Part shown: positions 45,464-55,636 of the stretch, piece by piece | Layout of the letters: every line of letters starts with the position of its first letter | How positions within the stretch are numbered: position 1 is the first letter of the stretch | Origin: an uncultured Chloroflexia bacterium | GTDB taxonomy: Bacteria > Chloroflexota > Limnocylindria > Limnocylindrales > CSP1-4 | DNA: 64,000 nt | Reading direction: 5' to 3' | Assembly: GCA_963798955.1 (NCBI GenBank) | Contig: CAWCVO010000003.1 | Location: 6,138 to 70,137, forward strand | Translations under genes and position numbers: made by a program | The notes under the pieces: generated by a model | What the model was told of the DNA's origin: nothing | Seen by the model: the letters and a program-made list of their open reading frames with translations, nothing else | The model's database searches: none

Positions 45464-48418
45464 CTAGTTGGCGGCCTGGGCGAGCTGGTCGAGCTGCTCC
45501 CCTACCCGGGATTCGCCGGGCACGTACCCCTTCCTGGTGAACAACTCGCGCGCCACGTCGAGTTCGCGCCGCGCAGCGTCCACCTCACCGGCCGCGACCA
45601 GCAGGCTCGCCAGGGTCTCGTGTCCGCGGCCCGAGTAGACAAGGTCGTTGGTGGGGTCCATCAACGCCACCGCGCGACGCGCGAGCTCGATGCCGCCGGC
45701 GGCATCGCCGATCGCCGCCCGGTAGCGCGCCTCGGCGTCGAGTCGCTGCGCCTCGAGCCGCGGCATATCGGTGTGTGCCTCGGCCACCAGGCCATCGAGC
45801 ACCACGCGCGCCTCCGCCAGCCGTCGCTGGTCGAGCAGCGTGAGCGCCAGTGCGATCGTGGCGTTCCTGCGCCAGGGCAGGTTCTGCTCGAAGGCCGCCA
45901 TGGCGCGGCGATACATTTCCTCGGCGGCCGCCGGTTTCCCATCGTCGCGCTCGATCTGGCCGCCGAGCATGAATGATTCGCCGTAGTGCGAGACACGCGC
46001 GGCGAGAGCCGCGAACAGGTCGCGAATGGCGGCCAGCGACTGCCGAGCCGCGTCGAATTCCCCACGGCCAGCCTGGATGTAGGCCAGGCTCAGCCGGGCG
46101 TCAGCCTCGCTGAACGGGAAGCCGCGCTCGCTTGCCCAGCGCATCTCCTCGGCCACGAATTCGGCCGCTTCCGAGAAGGGCGTATCGCCCAGCAGCATGG
46201 TGCCGCCAAGTTCGTCCCAGATGATGATTTGCGCAGCGTCGTCGTTGACACGCTCGGCGTACCTGCGCGCCTCTTTGAGCGTCGTGATTGCCGCCGAGGC
46301 GCTCGTGATTGTCTCGGCGTACGCCCTGACGATCAGCGCGGCAACCATGTCCGAGTCGGCCCCGAGCTGCGCGAAATGTCTCAGGGCACGATCGGCGAGT
46401 GCCATCGCCGACTCCTGCCAGGCGGGGACATCCATGGCGTAGCCACTCAGCGCCCAGGCGATTTCGGCACGCAGTTCGGCCGTCTCGTCCGCGCGTTCGC
46501 GGGCGACGGCGACGGCCTCGTCGTGCAGGCTGTCTGCCGCCTCCGAATCGGGCAGCGCGACCAGCGCCGAGATGAGCGTCGGGACGGCGACGAGCCACGC
46601 GCCCGTGTCAGCCCGTAGCAGCGCGTCGGCGCGCCGTAGAAGGTCGATGGCGCGCCGCGACTCTCGGCGGGCAAGCGCCTGCTCCCCGGCGGCATTCAAC
46701 GCGCGGCCGGCGCGCAGGGCCAGTTCGTTCGTTGACGCTGAGCGGTCGCCGAGCAGGACGCGTTCCTGGTATGCCGCGGCGAGATGGTGACCCACGATTT
46801 CGGCCGCTGCCCGGGCGGCTTCGAGCACGCCGCCGTAACGCTCGTGCAGCTCGGCGCGCACGCGGCGCGGCATCGCCTCGTAGACGGCGTCGCGCACCAG
46901 CGCGTGGCTGAAGCTGAAGTTCTCTGCGCTGCCGGGATCACGCTCGGGACGGATGAACTCGCGACGGGTCAGGGCCGCGAGCGACGGCGAAACGGTGCCG
47001 TGCAGATCCGGCGCCAGAAGCTGCCGGACGGTGTCGGACCGGAACGTCTGGCCCTCGATCGCGCCACGCTCGAGTACGGTTCGTTCCCGCGGGTCGAGCC
47101 GGTCGATGCGCGCCGCCAGCAGAGCGCGGATGCTGGGTGGCACGCCCGCGGCGGCGCCATGCTCGCTCTCGAAGGCGGCCATCTGTTCGACGAACAGCGG
47201 GACTCCCTCGGCACTCTCGACGATGCGCTCGAGCAGCGCTTCGTCCAACTTGCCTGCGCTCGTACCACGCAGCAGGCCCATCGTTTCCGCGCTGGTCAGC
47301 GGACCCAGGTGGAGCATCGTCGAACGGGGCGCCGGCTTGGGCCAGTCGGTACGCACCTCGAACAGGTCCGGCCGCGCGCCGCAGATCAGCAGGATGGGCG
47401 CGTCGCGGGACGTTGCTGCGACGTAGCCGATGAGGTCCAGCAGCAAGGGGTCGGCCCAGTGCAGGTCGTCGAGCACGACTGCCAGCGGCGCGAAGCGCGC
47501 AAGGGACTCGAACCAACTGCGAAAGATCCACGCGGATTCCTCGGGCGAGAGAGGCGCCGTGCCGGTGATCGTGGCGCGCACCCGCTCGGGGATGTCGCCC
47601 TTTTCCGGGAAGCCGGCAACGATCTCCGCCAGTGGCGCGTAGGGCGTGCCCTCGCCGTACGGAACGCAGCGGCCCATGACGATCCGGGCCTGCGCACCCA
47701 TGCGTTCCGTCGCTTCGGCGATGAGGCGCGACTTGCCCAGCCCCGGCGGAGCGGCCACGGTCACCAGCACGCACGCATTTTCCCGCACGGCCGACTCGAA
47801 CGCGCCGTGGATCGCGGCCAGTTCGGCTTGCCGGCCAACGAACGCGCCGGTGATGGAGCTGGTTTGCCCAGCCTCGCGACCACCGGCGACGCTCCACGCG
47901 CGCACAGGCACGCTCGACCCCTTGACTGCCAGCGGCTCGACCTCGCTCGCCGTGACGGCGGACTCGACCAGGACGAACGTGTCGCGACCCACCAGCACCT
48001 GGCCCGGTTGTGCGGCCTGCTCCAGCCGCGCGGCCATGTTGATGGCATGGCCCAACGTGCCGCCGCCGGTGACCGCGACCTCGCCGGTGTTGACGCCCAC
48101 TCTGAGCGCCAGCGGGACGCCGGCGGTCGACTGAGATTGCGCATTCAATTCGTCCATGCCGGCGCGCATCGCCAGCGCTGCGCGAACTGCCCGCAACGCA
48201 TCGTCCTCGTGCAGCAACGGCACTCCGAACACGCCAACCACGGCGTCGCCGATGAACTTTTCGACGGTGCCCCCGTGACTCTCGACCGCCACACGGAGCA
48301 TCTCGAAGTAACCACCCAGGATGCCGGCCAACTGCTCGACGTCAACCGACTCGGCGAGGGCAGTCGACTCGACCAGGTCCGCGAAGACGACGCTGACCGT
48401 CTTGCGCTGTTCGATCAT
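45464..48418 (-). CDS. Class III nucleotidyl cyclase domain fused to a STAND/AAA+ ATPase and TPR repeats (LuxR-less LAL-type architecture).
   Basis: N-terminal CYC (VSVVFADLVESTAL…KFIGDAVVGVFG…LRVGVNTGEVAV…GHAINMAARLEQ), P-loop APPGLGKSRL, and a long helical TPR C-terminus. Start taken at Met 32 of the track ORF (MIEQRKTVSVVFADL). Confidence 0.8.
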   Translation of the reverse strand: MIEQRKTVSVVFADLVESTALAESVDVEQLAGILGGYFEMLRVAVESHGGTVEKFIGDAVVGVFGVPLLHEDDALRAVRAALAMRAGMDELNAQSQSTAGVPLALRVGVNTGEVAVTGGGTLGHAINMAARLEQAAQPGQVLVGRDTFVLVESAVTASEVEPLAVKGSSVPVRAWSVAGGREAGQTSSITGAFVGRQAELAAIHGAFESAVRENACVLVTVAAPPGLGKSRLIAEATERMGAQARIVMGRCVPYGEGTPYAPLAEIVAGFPEKGDIPERVRATITGTAPLSPEESAWIFRSWFESLARFAPLAVVLDDLHWADPLLLDLIGYVAATSRDAPILLICGARPDLFEVRTDWPKPAPRSTMLHLGPLTSAETMGLLRGTSAGKLDEALLERIVESAEGVPLFVEQMAAFESEHGAAAGVPPSIRALLAARIDRLDPRERTVLERGAIEGQTFRSDTVRQLLAPDLHGTVSPSLAALTRREFIRPERDPGSAENFSFSHALVRDAVYEAMPRRVRAELHERYGGVLEAARAAAEIVGHHLAAAYQERVLLGDRSASTNELALRAGRALNAAGEQALARRESRRAIDLLRRADALLRADTGAWLVAVPTLISALVALPDSEAADSLHDEAVAVARERADETAELRAEIAWALSGYAMDVPAWQESAMALADRALRHFAQLGADSDMVAALIVRAYAETITSASAAITTLKEARRYAERVNDDAAQIIIWDELGGTMLLGDTPFSEAAEFVAEEMRWASERGFPFSEADARLSLAYIQAGRGEFDAARQSLAAIRDLFAALAARVSHYGESFMLGGQIERDDGKPAAAEEMYRRAMAAFEQNLPWRRNATIALALTLLDQRRLAEARVVLDGLVAEAHTDMPRLEAQRLDAEARYRAAIGDAAGGIELARRAVALMDPTNDLVYSGRGHETLASLLVAAGEVDAARRELDVARELFTRKGYVPGESRVGEQLDQLAQAAN

Positions 48419-48431
48419 CGAGACTCTCGGG

Positions 48432-49064
48432 TCACTCCCCTTCCATGTCCTCTGCGACGAGGCGCTCCAGCGGCGTGCCGGCGGCCAGGCCCTCGACCAC
48501 GCCCCGCACATCCTCCGCCGAACGGTTCTGGCTGAGCTTGCGCTTGGCGTCGATGCGTTCGATCAGCAGCTCGAGGCCAACGATCGCGCGCGCCTGCGTC
48601 GCGATGTAGCCGTCCGGAGCGTCGTCGATCGACCATGGTTCCGGCCGCATGTGCTCATGCTGCTCGACCAGGCGGCGGACGTGCGCGGTCAGCCATCCCG
48701 CCTCGTGCCGCACGGTGACCGACCCATGCGCAACCGCGGTCGTGTAGTTCCACGTCGGCACGACCTTGCCGGTCAGACGCTTCTCCTCGTACCACGCCGG
48801 CGTGATGTACGCCTCGGGCCCGTTGAAGATCGCCACCGCCTGGCCGTGGCGCTCCAGCTCACGCCAGTGGGGATTGCCGCGCGCCAGATGCCCGCGCAGC
48901 ACGCCTGTTCGGCCCTCGCCGGGATAGAAGAGCATCGGCAGGATGCTGGTGCGCAGGCCGTTCGGCCCGTGCGACACCAGCGTCGCCGGAAAGCCGGCCG
49001 CGAGTTCGGCCAGCAGGGCTACCGCATCGTCGACCCCGAAGCGTCCGTGAGCGGGCTGGTACAT
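48432..49064 (-). CDS. FMN-binding negative transcriptional regulator (PaiB family).
   Basis: MYQPAHGRFGVDD…GFPATLVS…AYITPAWYEEK…VPTWNYTTAVAHGSV… Start taken at internal Met 75 of track ORF 48432..49286. Confidence 0.7.
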   Translation of the reverse strand: MYQPAHGRFGVDDAVALLAELAAGFPATLVSHGPNGLRTSILPMLFYPGEGRTGVLRGHLARGNPHWRELERHGQAVAIFNGPEAYITPAWYEEKRLTGKVVPTWNYTTAVAHGSVTVRHEAGWLTAHVRRLVEQHEHMRPEPWSIDDAPDGYIATQARAIVGLELLIERIDAKRKLSQNRSAEDVRGVVEGLAAGTPLERLVAEDMEGE

Positions 49065-49105
49065 GGCCCGAAGTATGGCCGGAGCGTGGCCGCTATGGTC
49101 GGGCG

Positions 49106-50131
49106 GTGAGCAAACTCGAGCTGCGCCGTGAACAGATCCTGGGGCACCGGCGCCGCGCCAACGCCCTGGAGCGACGCCTGCCGAGGGATCGGGCGTCGTT
49201 GGAGCGCGCGGCGCAGGTGGGCCTGCAGGACAGCGCGCCTCGCGCAGCCTTGCTGTCGATCCATGCCCGCGTCGAAGGCGCAACACCCACGGCTTGGGAG
49301 GACCCGGCGTACGTCCAGATCTGGGGCCCGCGCTTCAGCGTCTACGTGGTGGCGGAGAAGGATCGCGCCCTCTTCACGGTAAGCCGTCTGTTCGACAACC
49401 CCAGGGACCTGCATTTCGCGCGCGACCTCGCCGATCGGCTCCACGCGTACCTGCGCGGGCGACGGCTGCCGTACGACGACGTGGCCCAGGCGCTGGGGCT
49501 GCCCAATCACAACGTGCTGCGCTATGTGGCGCCGACCGGGACGCTGCTGATGCGCTGGGAGGGAGCGCGCACTCCGCTCGTCTGGAGCGTTCCGGCACCG
49601 GACCTGGAGCCGCTGCAGGCGCGCCAGGCAATCGCGCGTCGTTACCTCCACGTCTTTGGTCCGTCCACCGCGGCCGGCTTCGCGAAATGGGCAGGTATCG
49701 GTCGATCGCAGGCTGCGCACGCGATCGAGGTCCTGGCGCCAGAGCTTTTGGCGACGCGCGGGCCCGTCGCTGACGGCTGGATCCTCGCCGCCGATGAGGA
49801 GAGTTTCCGCAGTGACCATCCCTCGCCGAGCGACGGCGTGCGCCTGCTCCCCAGCGGCGATGCCTACTGGCTGCTGTGGGGTGCCGACCGTGATCTGCTG
49901 GTGCCCGATCCGGCTGGTCGCGACCGGTTGTGGACGCCGCGCGTGTGGCCTGGCGCGCTGCTGCTGAGCGGCGAGGTCGCCGGCACCTGGCGGCGGGCGG
50001 GCTCGATCCTGGACGTCGAAACCTGGCGCCGCCTCTCCCCCACGGACCGCCACGCGGTCGAGGCGGAAGCCGCCGCGCTGCCGCTTCCCGGTCTCGGCCG
50101 GCCGGTCTCCGTCCGCTGGATGCGCGGGTAG
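49106..50131 (+). CDS. Winged-helix DNA-binding-domain protein of the YcaQ/AlkZ (DUF1006) family, a putative DNA glycosylase.
   Basis: 341 aa, sized and patterned like the YcaQ family (…RAALLSIHARVEGATPTAWED…YVQIWGPRFSVYVV…). Confidence 0.6.
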   Translation: MSKLELRREQILGHRRRANALERRLPRDRASLERAAQVGLQDSAPRAALLSIHARVEGATPTAWEDPAYVQIWGPRFSVYVVAEKDRALFTVSRLFDNPRDLHFARDLADRLHAYLRGRRLPYDDVAQALGLPNHNVLRYVAPTGTLLMRWEGARTPLVWSVPAPDLEPLQARQAIARRYLHVFGPSTAAGFAKWAGIGRSQAAHAIEVLAPELLATRGPVADGWILAADEESFRSDHPSPSDGVRLLPSGDAYWLLWGADRDLLVPDPAGRDRLWTPRVWPGALLLSGEVAGTWRRAGSILDVETWRRLSPTDRHAVEAEAAALPLPGLGRPVSVRWMRG

Positions 50132-50137
50132 GCGACT

Positions 50138-50719
50138 CTACTCAGGGGCGGCGTCGAGGGCCCGCTCGATGCGCCGGTCGGGAACGATCCAGATCGCGGC
50201 GACGGCGATGAAGGCGAGGATGGCGACGGCCGGGAAGTAGAGCGAAAACGGCAGGGCCAGGACATAGATCACGATCGAAACCTTGCCCTTGAAGTCGTCG
50301 CCGATGGCCGCGGCGAGGGTCGCCGACTGGCCGGGCGCCGAGATCAGGGCGCGGACCAGGATGTAGTAGGCCATCGCCGGCAGGATGAGCACCACGTTGT
50401 AGACCATCACCGGGATGCCGGCGAACGAGTGCTCGCCCATCCAGGCCGTGCCGAAGGGCACCAGCGAGAGGGTGAACAGCAGCAGCATGTTCGACCATAG
50501 CACTCGCCCGCTGACCGTCCGTGACGCCTGGAAAAGATGGTGGTGGTTGTTCCAGTAGATGGCCAGGTAGGCGAAGCTCAACGCGTACGAGAGGAACTTG
50601 GGCCACAGTGCGAACAGGTCGTCGAGCGTCGATCCGCCCGGCGGCGTGAGCTCGAGCACCATGATGGTGATGACGATCGCCAGCACGCCGTCGCTGAACG
50701 CCTCGAGGCGACCCTTGCT
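50138..50719 (-). CDS. DUF1211/TMEM175-family membrane protein (putative K+ channel family).
   Basis: MSKGRLEAFSDGVLAIVITIMVLEL… is the family hallmark RxxxFSDGVxAxxxTLLV-like motif, followed by six TM helices. Confidence 0.7.
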   Translation of the reverse strand, partial: SKGRLEAFSDGVLAIVITIMVLELTPPGGSTLDDLFALWPKFLSYALSFAYLAIYWNNHHHLFQASRTVSGRVLWSNMLLLFTLSLVPFGTAWMGEHSFAGIPVMVYNVVLILPAMAYYILVRALISAPGQSATLAAAIGDDFKGKVSIVIYVLALPFSLYFPAVAILAFIAVAAIWIVPDRRIERALDAAPE

Positions 50720-50776
50720 CATGATGACGAGTTGGGGCCGGAGCCGGTCGGGTGCGTCATCCCGGAAATGTATGCT

Positions 50777-50992
50777 CCCGGTGTGCCCGTCGAAGAGGAG
50801 TTCTACGACAACGGCCGCATCAAGCATCGTGGCGCGAGCCTCGACGGAGCGATGCACGGGCCCTGGGAGTTCTACCGGCGCGATGGCTCACTGATGCGCG
50901 CCGGCTCGTTCGACCTCGGCCGCCAGGTGGGTAAGTGGCGCACCCTCGATCGCAAAGGCAAGATCGTCAAGGAAACTGACTTCGGCCGCTAG
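50777..50992 (+). CDS. Small MORN-repeat-variant (YwqK-like) protein.
   Basis: MYAPGVPVEEEFYDNGRIKHRGASLDGAMHGPWEFYRRDGSLMRAGSFDLGRQVGKWRTLDRKGK shows the G-x-HGPW-x-Y repeat pattern. Start taken at an internal Met of the track ORF; weak call. Confidence 0.35.
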   Translation, partial: PGVPVEEEFYDNGRIKHRGASLDGAMHGPWEFYRRDGSLMRAGSFDLGRQVGKWRTLDRKGKIVKETDFGR

Positions 50993-51014
50993 CCAGGCGC
51001 AGCGCCGCTCGCCG

Positions 51015-51506
51015 CTATTGCGCGCTGTCGGCGACCGTCCGCGGAACCTTGCCCATCCACGTACCCAACAGCTTCAGCATCCTGTGTGCGCCGTCGGACG
51101 TCTCGCCGAACATCAGCGGGCAGCCGCCTTCGATGACCGTCATGTCCGCCTGCCGGCCGACCTTCGCCGCTTCCGGCGAACACGACCCCGCCCCGAACAG
51201 GCGATGCATCCACACGCGTGTAACGCCCAGTTCAGCTGCCTCGCGGATGGTGTCTGCGGCGTGCTCGGGCCGCGTTGCGACGATCACTACCTGGACCCCG
51301 CCGGGAATCGATTTGAGGTCGTGATAGCAGGTGTCACCCTCCACCGATGTGGCATTCGGGTTGACGGCGAAGACCAGGTAGCCGCGGTCGCGCAGCCGCT
51401 TGTATACGACGTTGCCACCGTGTGACGCGGGCGTCCGTGAAACGCCGGTCACGGCGATGCGCTTGTGCGACAGGAACTCTGCGGCCACCTGGTTGACTGG
51501 TTGCAT
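51015..51506 (-). CDS. CoA-binding domain protein.
   Basis: …FLSHKRIAVTGVSRTPASHGGNVVYKRLRDRGYLVFAVNPN…VQVVIVATRPEH… is the CoA_binding_2 pattern. Confidence 0.75.
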   Translation of the reverse strand: MQPVNQVAAEFLSHKRIAVTGVSRTPASHGGNVVYKRLRDRGYLVFAVNPNATSVEGDTCYHDLKSIPGGVQVVIVATRPEHAADTIREAAELGVTRVWMHRLFGAGSCSPEAAKVGRQADMTVIEGGCPLMFGETSDGAHRMLKLLGTWMGKVPRTVADSAQ

Positions 51507-51604
51507 GGCTCACTCCGGGACTGCGGCTGGATTGCGCTCATGGTTCCCCGCCGGCATGGGATCGAGAAGGGCCAAAGTTCCCTGTAGCCGTCTACCCTTG
51601 GCCC

Positions 51605-52051
51605 GTGGCCAACTACCGCTTCAGCGCCCGCGCCAAGGCACCGCCTGAGATGGTGTTTGACCTGTGGACCAACCTCGACCGCATGGCCGAGTGGGTGGGT
51701 GGTGTCACCGGAGTGACCGATGTGAGCGGGCCCATCGACCACCCGGGAACGACCTACGTCGTCCATTTCGGCAGGATGCGGAGTCCCACACAGGTGCTCG
51801 ATTCGGAGCGACCGCGGCGCTTCGTCACGAGCTTTGGCAACTGGCTGCTGCGTGGCGAGAATGCGACCACTTTCGCGCCGGACGGCAATGGCACGCGGAT
51901 CGTGGAGGAGTTTCGAACTCGTGGCGTGATTTCCGCGATCAGTGCCCTCTTCTTTGCCACAGGGTCGTACCGCGGCAGCTTCCAGGGCGAGTTGAACGCG
52001 TTTGCGCGCATCGTCGAGCGCGACGTCGAGGCTGGTGAGCACGACCGGTAA
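51605..52051 (+). CDS. SRPBCC-family protein (polyketide cyclase/dehydrase-like, Bet v1 fold).
   Basis: MANYRFSARAKAPPEMVFDLWTNLDRMAEWVGGVTGV…. Confidence 0.7.
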   Translation: MANYRFSARAKAPPEMVFDLWTNLDRMAEWVGGVTGVTDVSGPIDHPGTTYVVHFGRMRSPTQVLDSERPRRFVTSFGNWLLRGENATTFAPDGNGTRIVEEFRTRGVISAISALFFATGSYRGSFQGELNAFARIVERDVEAGEHDR

Positions 52052-52097
52052 GGCGCCGTCGAGTACCCTGTCGCCCAGGTGAGAGGGTGAAGACTCG

Positions 52098-55000
52098 GTG
52101 ATCTGCGCCAACTGCGGGACGGAGAACGAGCCCGGCCGCAAGTTCTGCGGTGAGTGCGGGACGTCGCTCGCCCAGGCGTGCCCGAACTGCGGTACCGCCA
52201 ACGCGCCGGGCGTCAAGTTCTGCGGTGAGTGCGGCACGCCACTGGGAACGGCCGCGCCCCGCCAGGCCGGCTCGCTACCGCGCGGGCGCCGCGCCGCCCT
52301 CCGCACCGCTCGCCGAGCGTCGCCTGGTCAGCGTTCTGTTCGCCGACCTGGTCGGCTTCACGCCATTCGCCGAAGAACGCGACGCCGAAGAGGTGCGCGA
52401 CACGCTCAGCCGCTACTTCGCCGAAGCGCGCACGGTCATCGAGCGCTATGGCGGCACCGTCGAGAAATTCATCGGCGATGCGGTCATGGCCGTCTGGGGC
52501 GCGCCGATCGCCCAGGAGGACGACGCCGAACGTGCGGTCCGCGCCGGGCTCGACCTCGTCGATGTCGTGCGCACACTGGGCCCCAACATCAATGCGCGGG
52601 TCGGTGTGCTGACCGGCGAAGCCGCCGTGACCCTGGGCGCAACCGACCAGGGCATGGTCGCGGGCGACATGGTCAACACTGCCGCCCGGCTGCAATCGGT
52701 GGCGCCACCGGGGACCGTACTGGTGGGCGAATCGACCCGCCACGCGGCGAGCGCATCGATCGACTTCGAGGCGGCCGGCGAGCAACTGCTCAAGGGCAAG
52801 TCGGCGCCCGTGCCTGCCTTTCGTGCGCTGCGTGTGGCCGCTCAACGGGGCGGCCAGGGTCGCTCGGAGCTGCCCGAGCCGCCGTTCGTCGGCCGGGACG
52901 AGGAGCTGCGCCTGCTCAAGGACATGATCGCGCTGTCCGGTCGCGAGCCCAAGACGCGGCTGGTGTCGATCACCGGCCCCGCCGGCATCGGCAAGAGCCG
53001 CCTCGCCTGGGAGCTCGAGAAGTACCTCGATGGCGTGGTCGAGACGGTGTACTGGCACCGCGGGCGATCGCCGTCGTACGGGGAAGGCGTTACCTTCTGG
53101 GCGCTGGGCGAGATCGTTCGCCGCCGGCTGGGCCTGGCCGAGGGGGACGACGAGACGACGACACGCGATCGAGTCCGGGTCGGCGTGACCGAATGGGTCC
53201 CCGAGCAGGAGGACCGGCGCTGGGTCGAGCCGGCACTGCTGACCCTGCTCGGCGTCGAAGAGGCGCCGGCCGGCGGGCGCGATGCGCTTTTCGCGGCGTG
53301 GCGGATCCTGTTCGAGCGCATCGCGGCGCGCGGCACCACGATCCTGCTGTTCGAGGACCTGCAGTGGGCCGACACCGGGTCTGCTCGACTTCATCGACCA
53401 CCTGCTCGAGTGGGCGAAGGGGTTGCCCATCCTGATCGTCACCCTTGCCCGTCCGGAGTTGTTCGACCGCCGTCCGAACTGGGGCGCCGGCCGGCGCAAC
53501 TTCACGGCCGTCGACCTCGAGCCGCTTCGCGACGATGACATGCACGCGATGCTGGCCGGCTTCGTCCCGGGACTGCCCGACCCTGCGATCGATGCCATCG
53601 TTGCGCGCGCCGACGGCGTGCCGCTGTACGCGGTTGAGACGGTTCGTGCGCTCCTCGCCGAGGGCCGCCTCGAGCGCAGCGAGAACGGCTACCGGCCGGT
53701 CGGCGAGCTGGGCGAGCTGGCCATCCCGGACACTCTCCGTTCGCTGATCGCGTCGCGCCTGGATGGCCTCGAGGCGCCGGATCGCGCGCTGCTGCAGGAC
53801 GCTGCCGTGCTCGGCCAGACATTCACGCCCGCCGGGCTCGCCGCGCTCGGCGGCGACGAGCACGAGCTTGAAGACCAGCTGCGCGGCCTCGTCCGCCGTC
53901 AGCTACTCGAATTCGAGGCGGATCCGCGTTCCCCGGAGCGCGGACAGTACCGCTTTGTCCAGGAGCTGATTCGCGAAGTCGCGTATAGCACTCTTGCGCG
54001 GCGGCAGCGCCGCGAGAAGCACCTCGCCGCGGCGCGGCGTTTCGAGGCGCTCGGCGAAGAGGAGCTGGCCGGTGCGCTGGCGAGCCACTACCTGGCGGCA
54101 TTCGAGGCATCGGCGGAGGGCCCCGAGCGCGCCGCGGTGGGTGCCCAGGCGCGCGTGGCCCTGCGCGCGGCCGCCGAACGCGCCGCGCAACTGGGCGCCA
54201 ACGAGCAGGCAGTCGTCTATTTCCGCCAGGCGCTCGACGTTACCGAGTCCGCCGCAGATCGGGCGCCGCTGCTCGAGCGGGCGGCCTTCGTCGCCAACCT
54301 GGATGGACAGAACGAACTGGCGCTCAACATGGCCGACGAGGCCATCGTTGCGTATCGCAAATCGGGCGATCTGTCAGGCGTCGGTCGTGCCGGGGCCATC
54401 CTGGGCGACGTCCTGGTAGATATCGGCGACCCGGGCAAAGCGGTCGAACGACTCGAGGCCGTCCTGGCGGAATTGCCGGCAGACGACGAGATCGACCGTG
54501 TTCCGATCATGACCAACCTGTCACGTGCCCTTTACCGCAACAGCCTCCCGGCCAAGGCAGTCCAGGTCGCCGACCAGGCTCTTCCGCTCGCAGAACGCCA
54601 CGAGCTCAAGCGGTCACTGGCCAACCTGATGGCCAACAAGGCCGCCGGACTCGCATACATTGGGCGCCCCGCGGAGGGCGTCGCGCTGATGGAGGGGGCG
54701 GTGCGGGTGGCCGCTGCGGCGGGCCTGATCGACGTCGAAGCACGCGCCCGAGGCAATCTCGCATCGATCGTCTGGTACGACGACCTGGCCCGGGCCTATG
54801 AACTCGCATTCGAAACTCTCGAGTCGACCCGCCGGGTTGGCAACCGGTTGATGACCGACTGGATGGTCGCGGCCAAAGCGACCTCGGCCCACCTGCTGGG
54901 CCGCGACTGGGACGCCGTGCTTGCCGACATCGAGGAGTCGCTGCAGGCCGACCCCGAGCCGGCGCAGGAACAACACTTGCTCTCCTACTCGGTGCCGATC

Positions 55001-55627
55001 CGAGCGGCCCGCGCGTCGGGGCTCGCCGAGGTCATCTCGCGAGTGACGGAACTGACCAGGCAGCTGCCCGACGCCATGGTTCAGAAGGAGCTCGTGTTCC
55101 TCAACGCCCACACCGACCTTTTCGGAGGCCGGTCCGAGAAGGCTGCCGACGCGGCCTATGGCGTAGGCCATGACCTGGATACGCTCGGCTATCTCTACAC
55201 CGCCTGGGCGGCTCGCGCTGCCATCTGGGCACGCGATGCCGAGCGGCTGCGCAAGATGGCCGACACTGCCGAGCGCTTCCCCGAAAGGTCGACCATGAGG
55301 CGCGACGATCTCGCCGAGTTCCGCGCCGCAATTGCCGGTCTGGAGGGGCGTGTCGACGAAGCCCTGGCCGGATACCGCGTGGCAATCGCCGGGCGCCGCG
55401 ATCTGGGCGTGAACTTTGCCGCAGCCTGGATGGCGCTCGACCAGCTGATCGTGCTCGGCCCGATCAACGACTCCGTGCGCGAGGAAGCCGCGGCAGCACG
55501 GGCATTGTTCGAGGAACTTGGCGCGACGGCCTTCCTGAGACGGCTTGACGAGGCCGAGTCCGCCAAGCCGCCGACGGCCAGGGTGCCGTCGCGCAGTGCC
55601 GCCGACGCAACCGTGTCCGCGCGCTAG
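52098..55627 (+). CDS. Double-zinc-ribbon, class III cyclase, STAND/AAA+ ATPase and TPR protein (paralog of 45464..48418). Interrupted by two single-base frameshifts (near 52270-52300 and 53368).
   Basis: Frame 0 (from 52098): MICANCGTENEPGRKFCGECGTSLAQACPNCGTANAPGVKFCGECGTPL, a double zinc ribbon, then nonsense. Frame +1 (track ORF 52150..53538): …AERRLVSVLFADLVGFTPFAE…KFIGDAVMAVWG…ITGPAGIGKSRL…LLFEDLQWAD, then nonsense. Frame +2 (track ORF 53282..55627): …PGLLDFIDHLLEWAKGLPILIVTLARPELF…, then a TPR region. The second junction reads gccgacaccgggtctg, where gacccggg would restore the frame. Confidence 0.75.
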
Positions 55628-55636
55628 CGCTGTCGC

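Noticed and set aside
46784-48535. 583-aa plus-strand ORF.
   Set aside because: Antisense to the cyclase-STAND-TPR gene. No motifs.
52098-55627. Programmed ribosomal frameshifting to explain the split cyclase-STAND gene.
   Set aside because: There are two shifts in different directions or contexts, without slippery heptamers. Similar single-base breaks occur in unrelated genes. Indel errors or pseudogenisation are more parsimonious.
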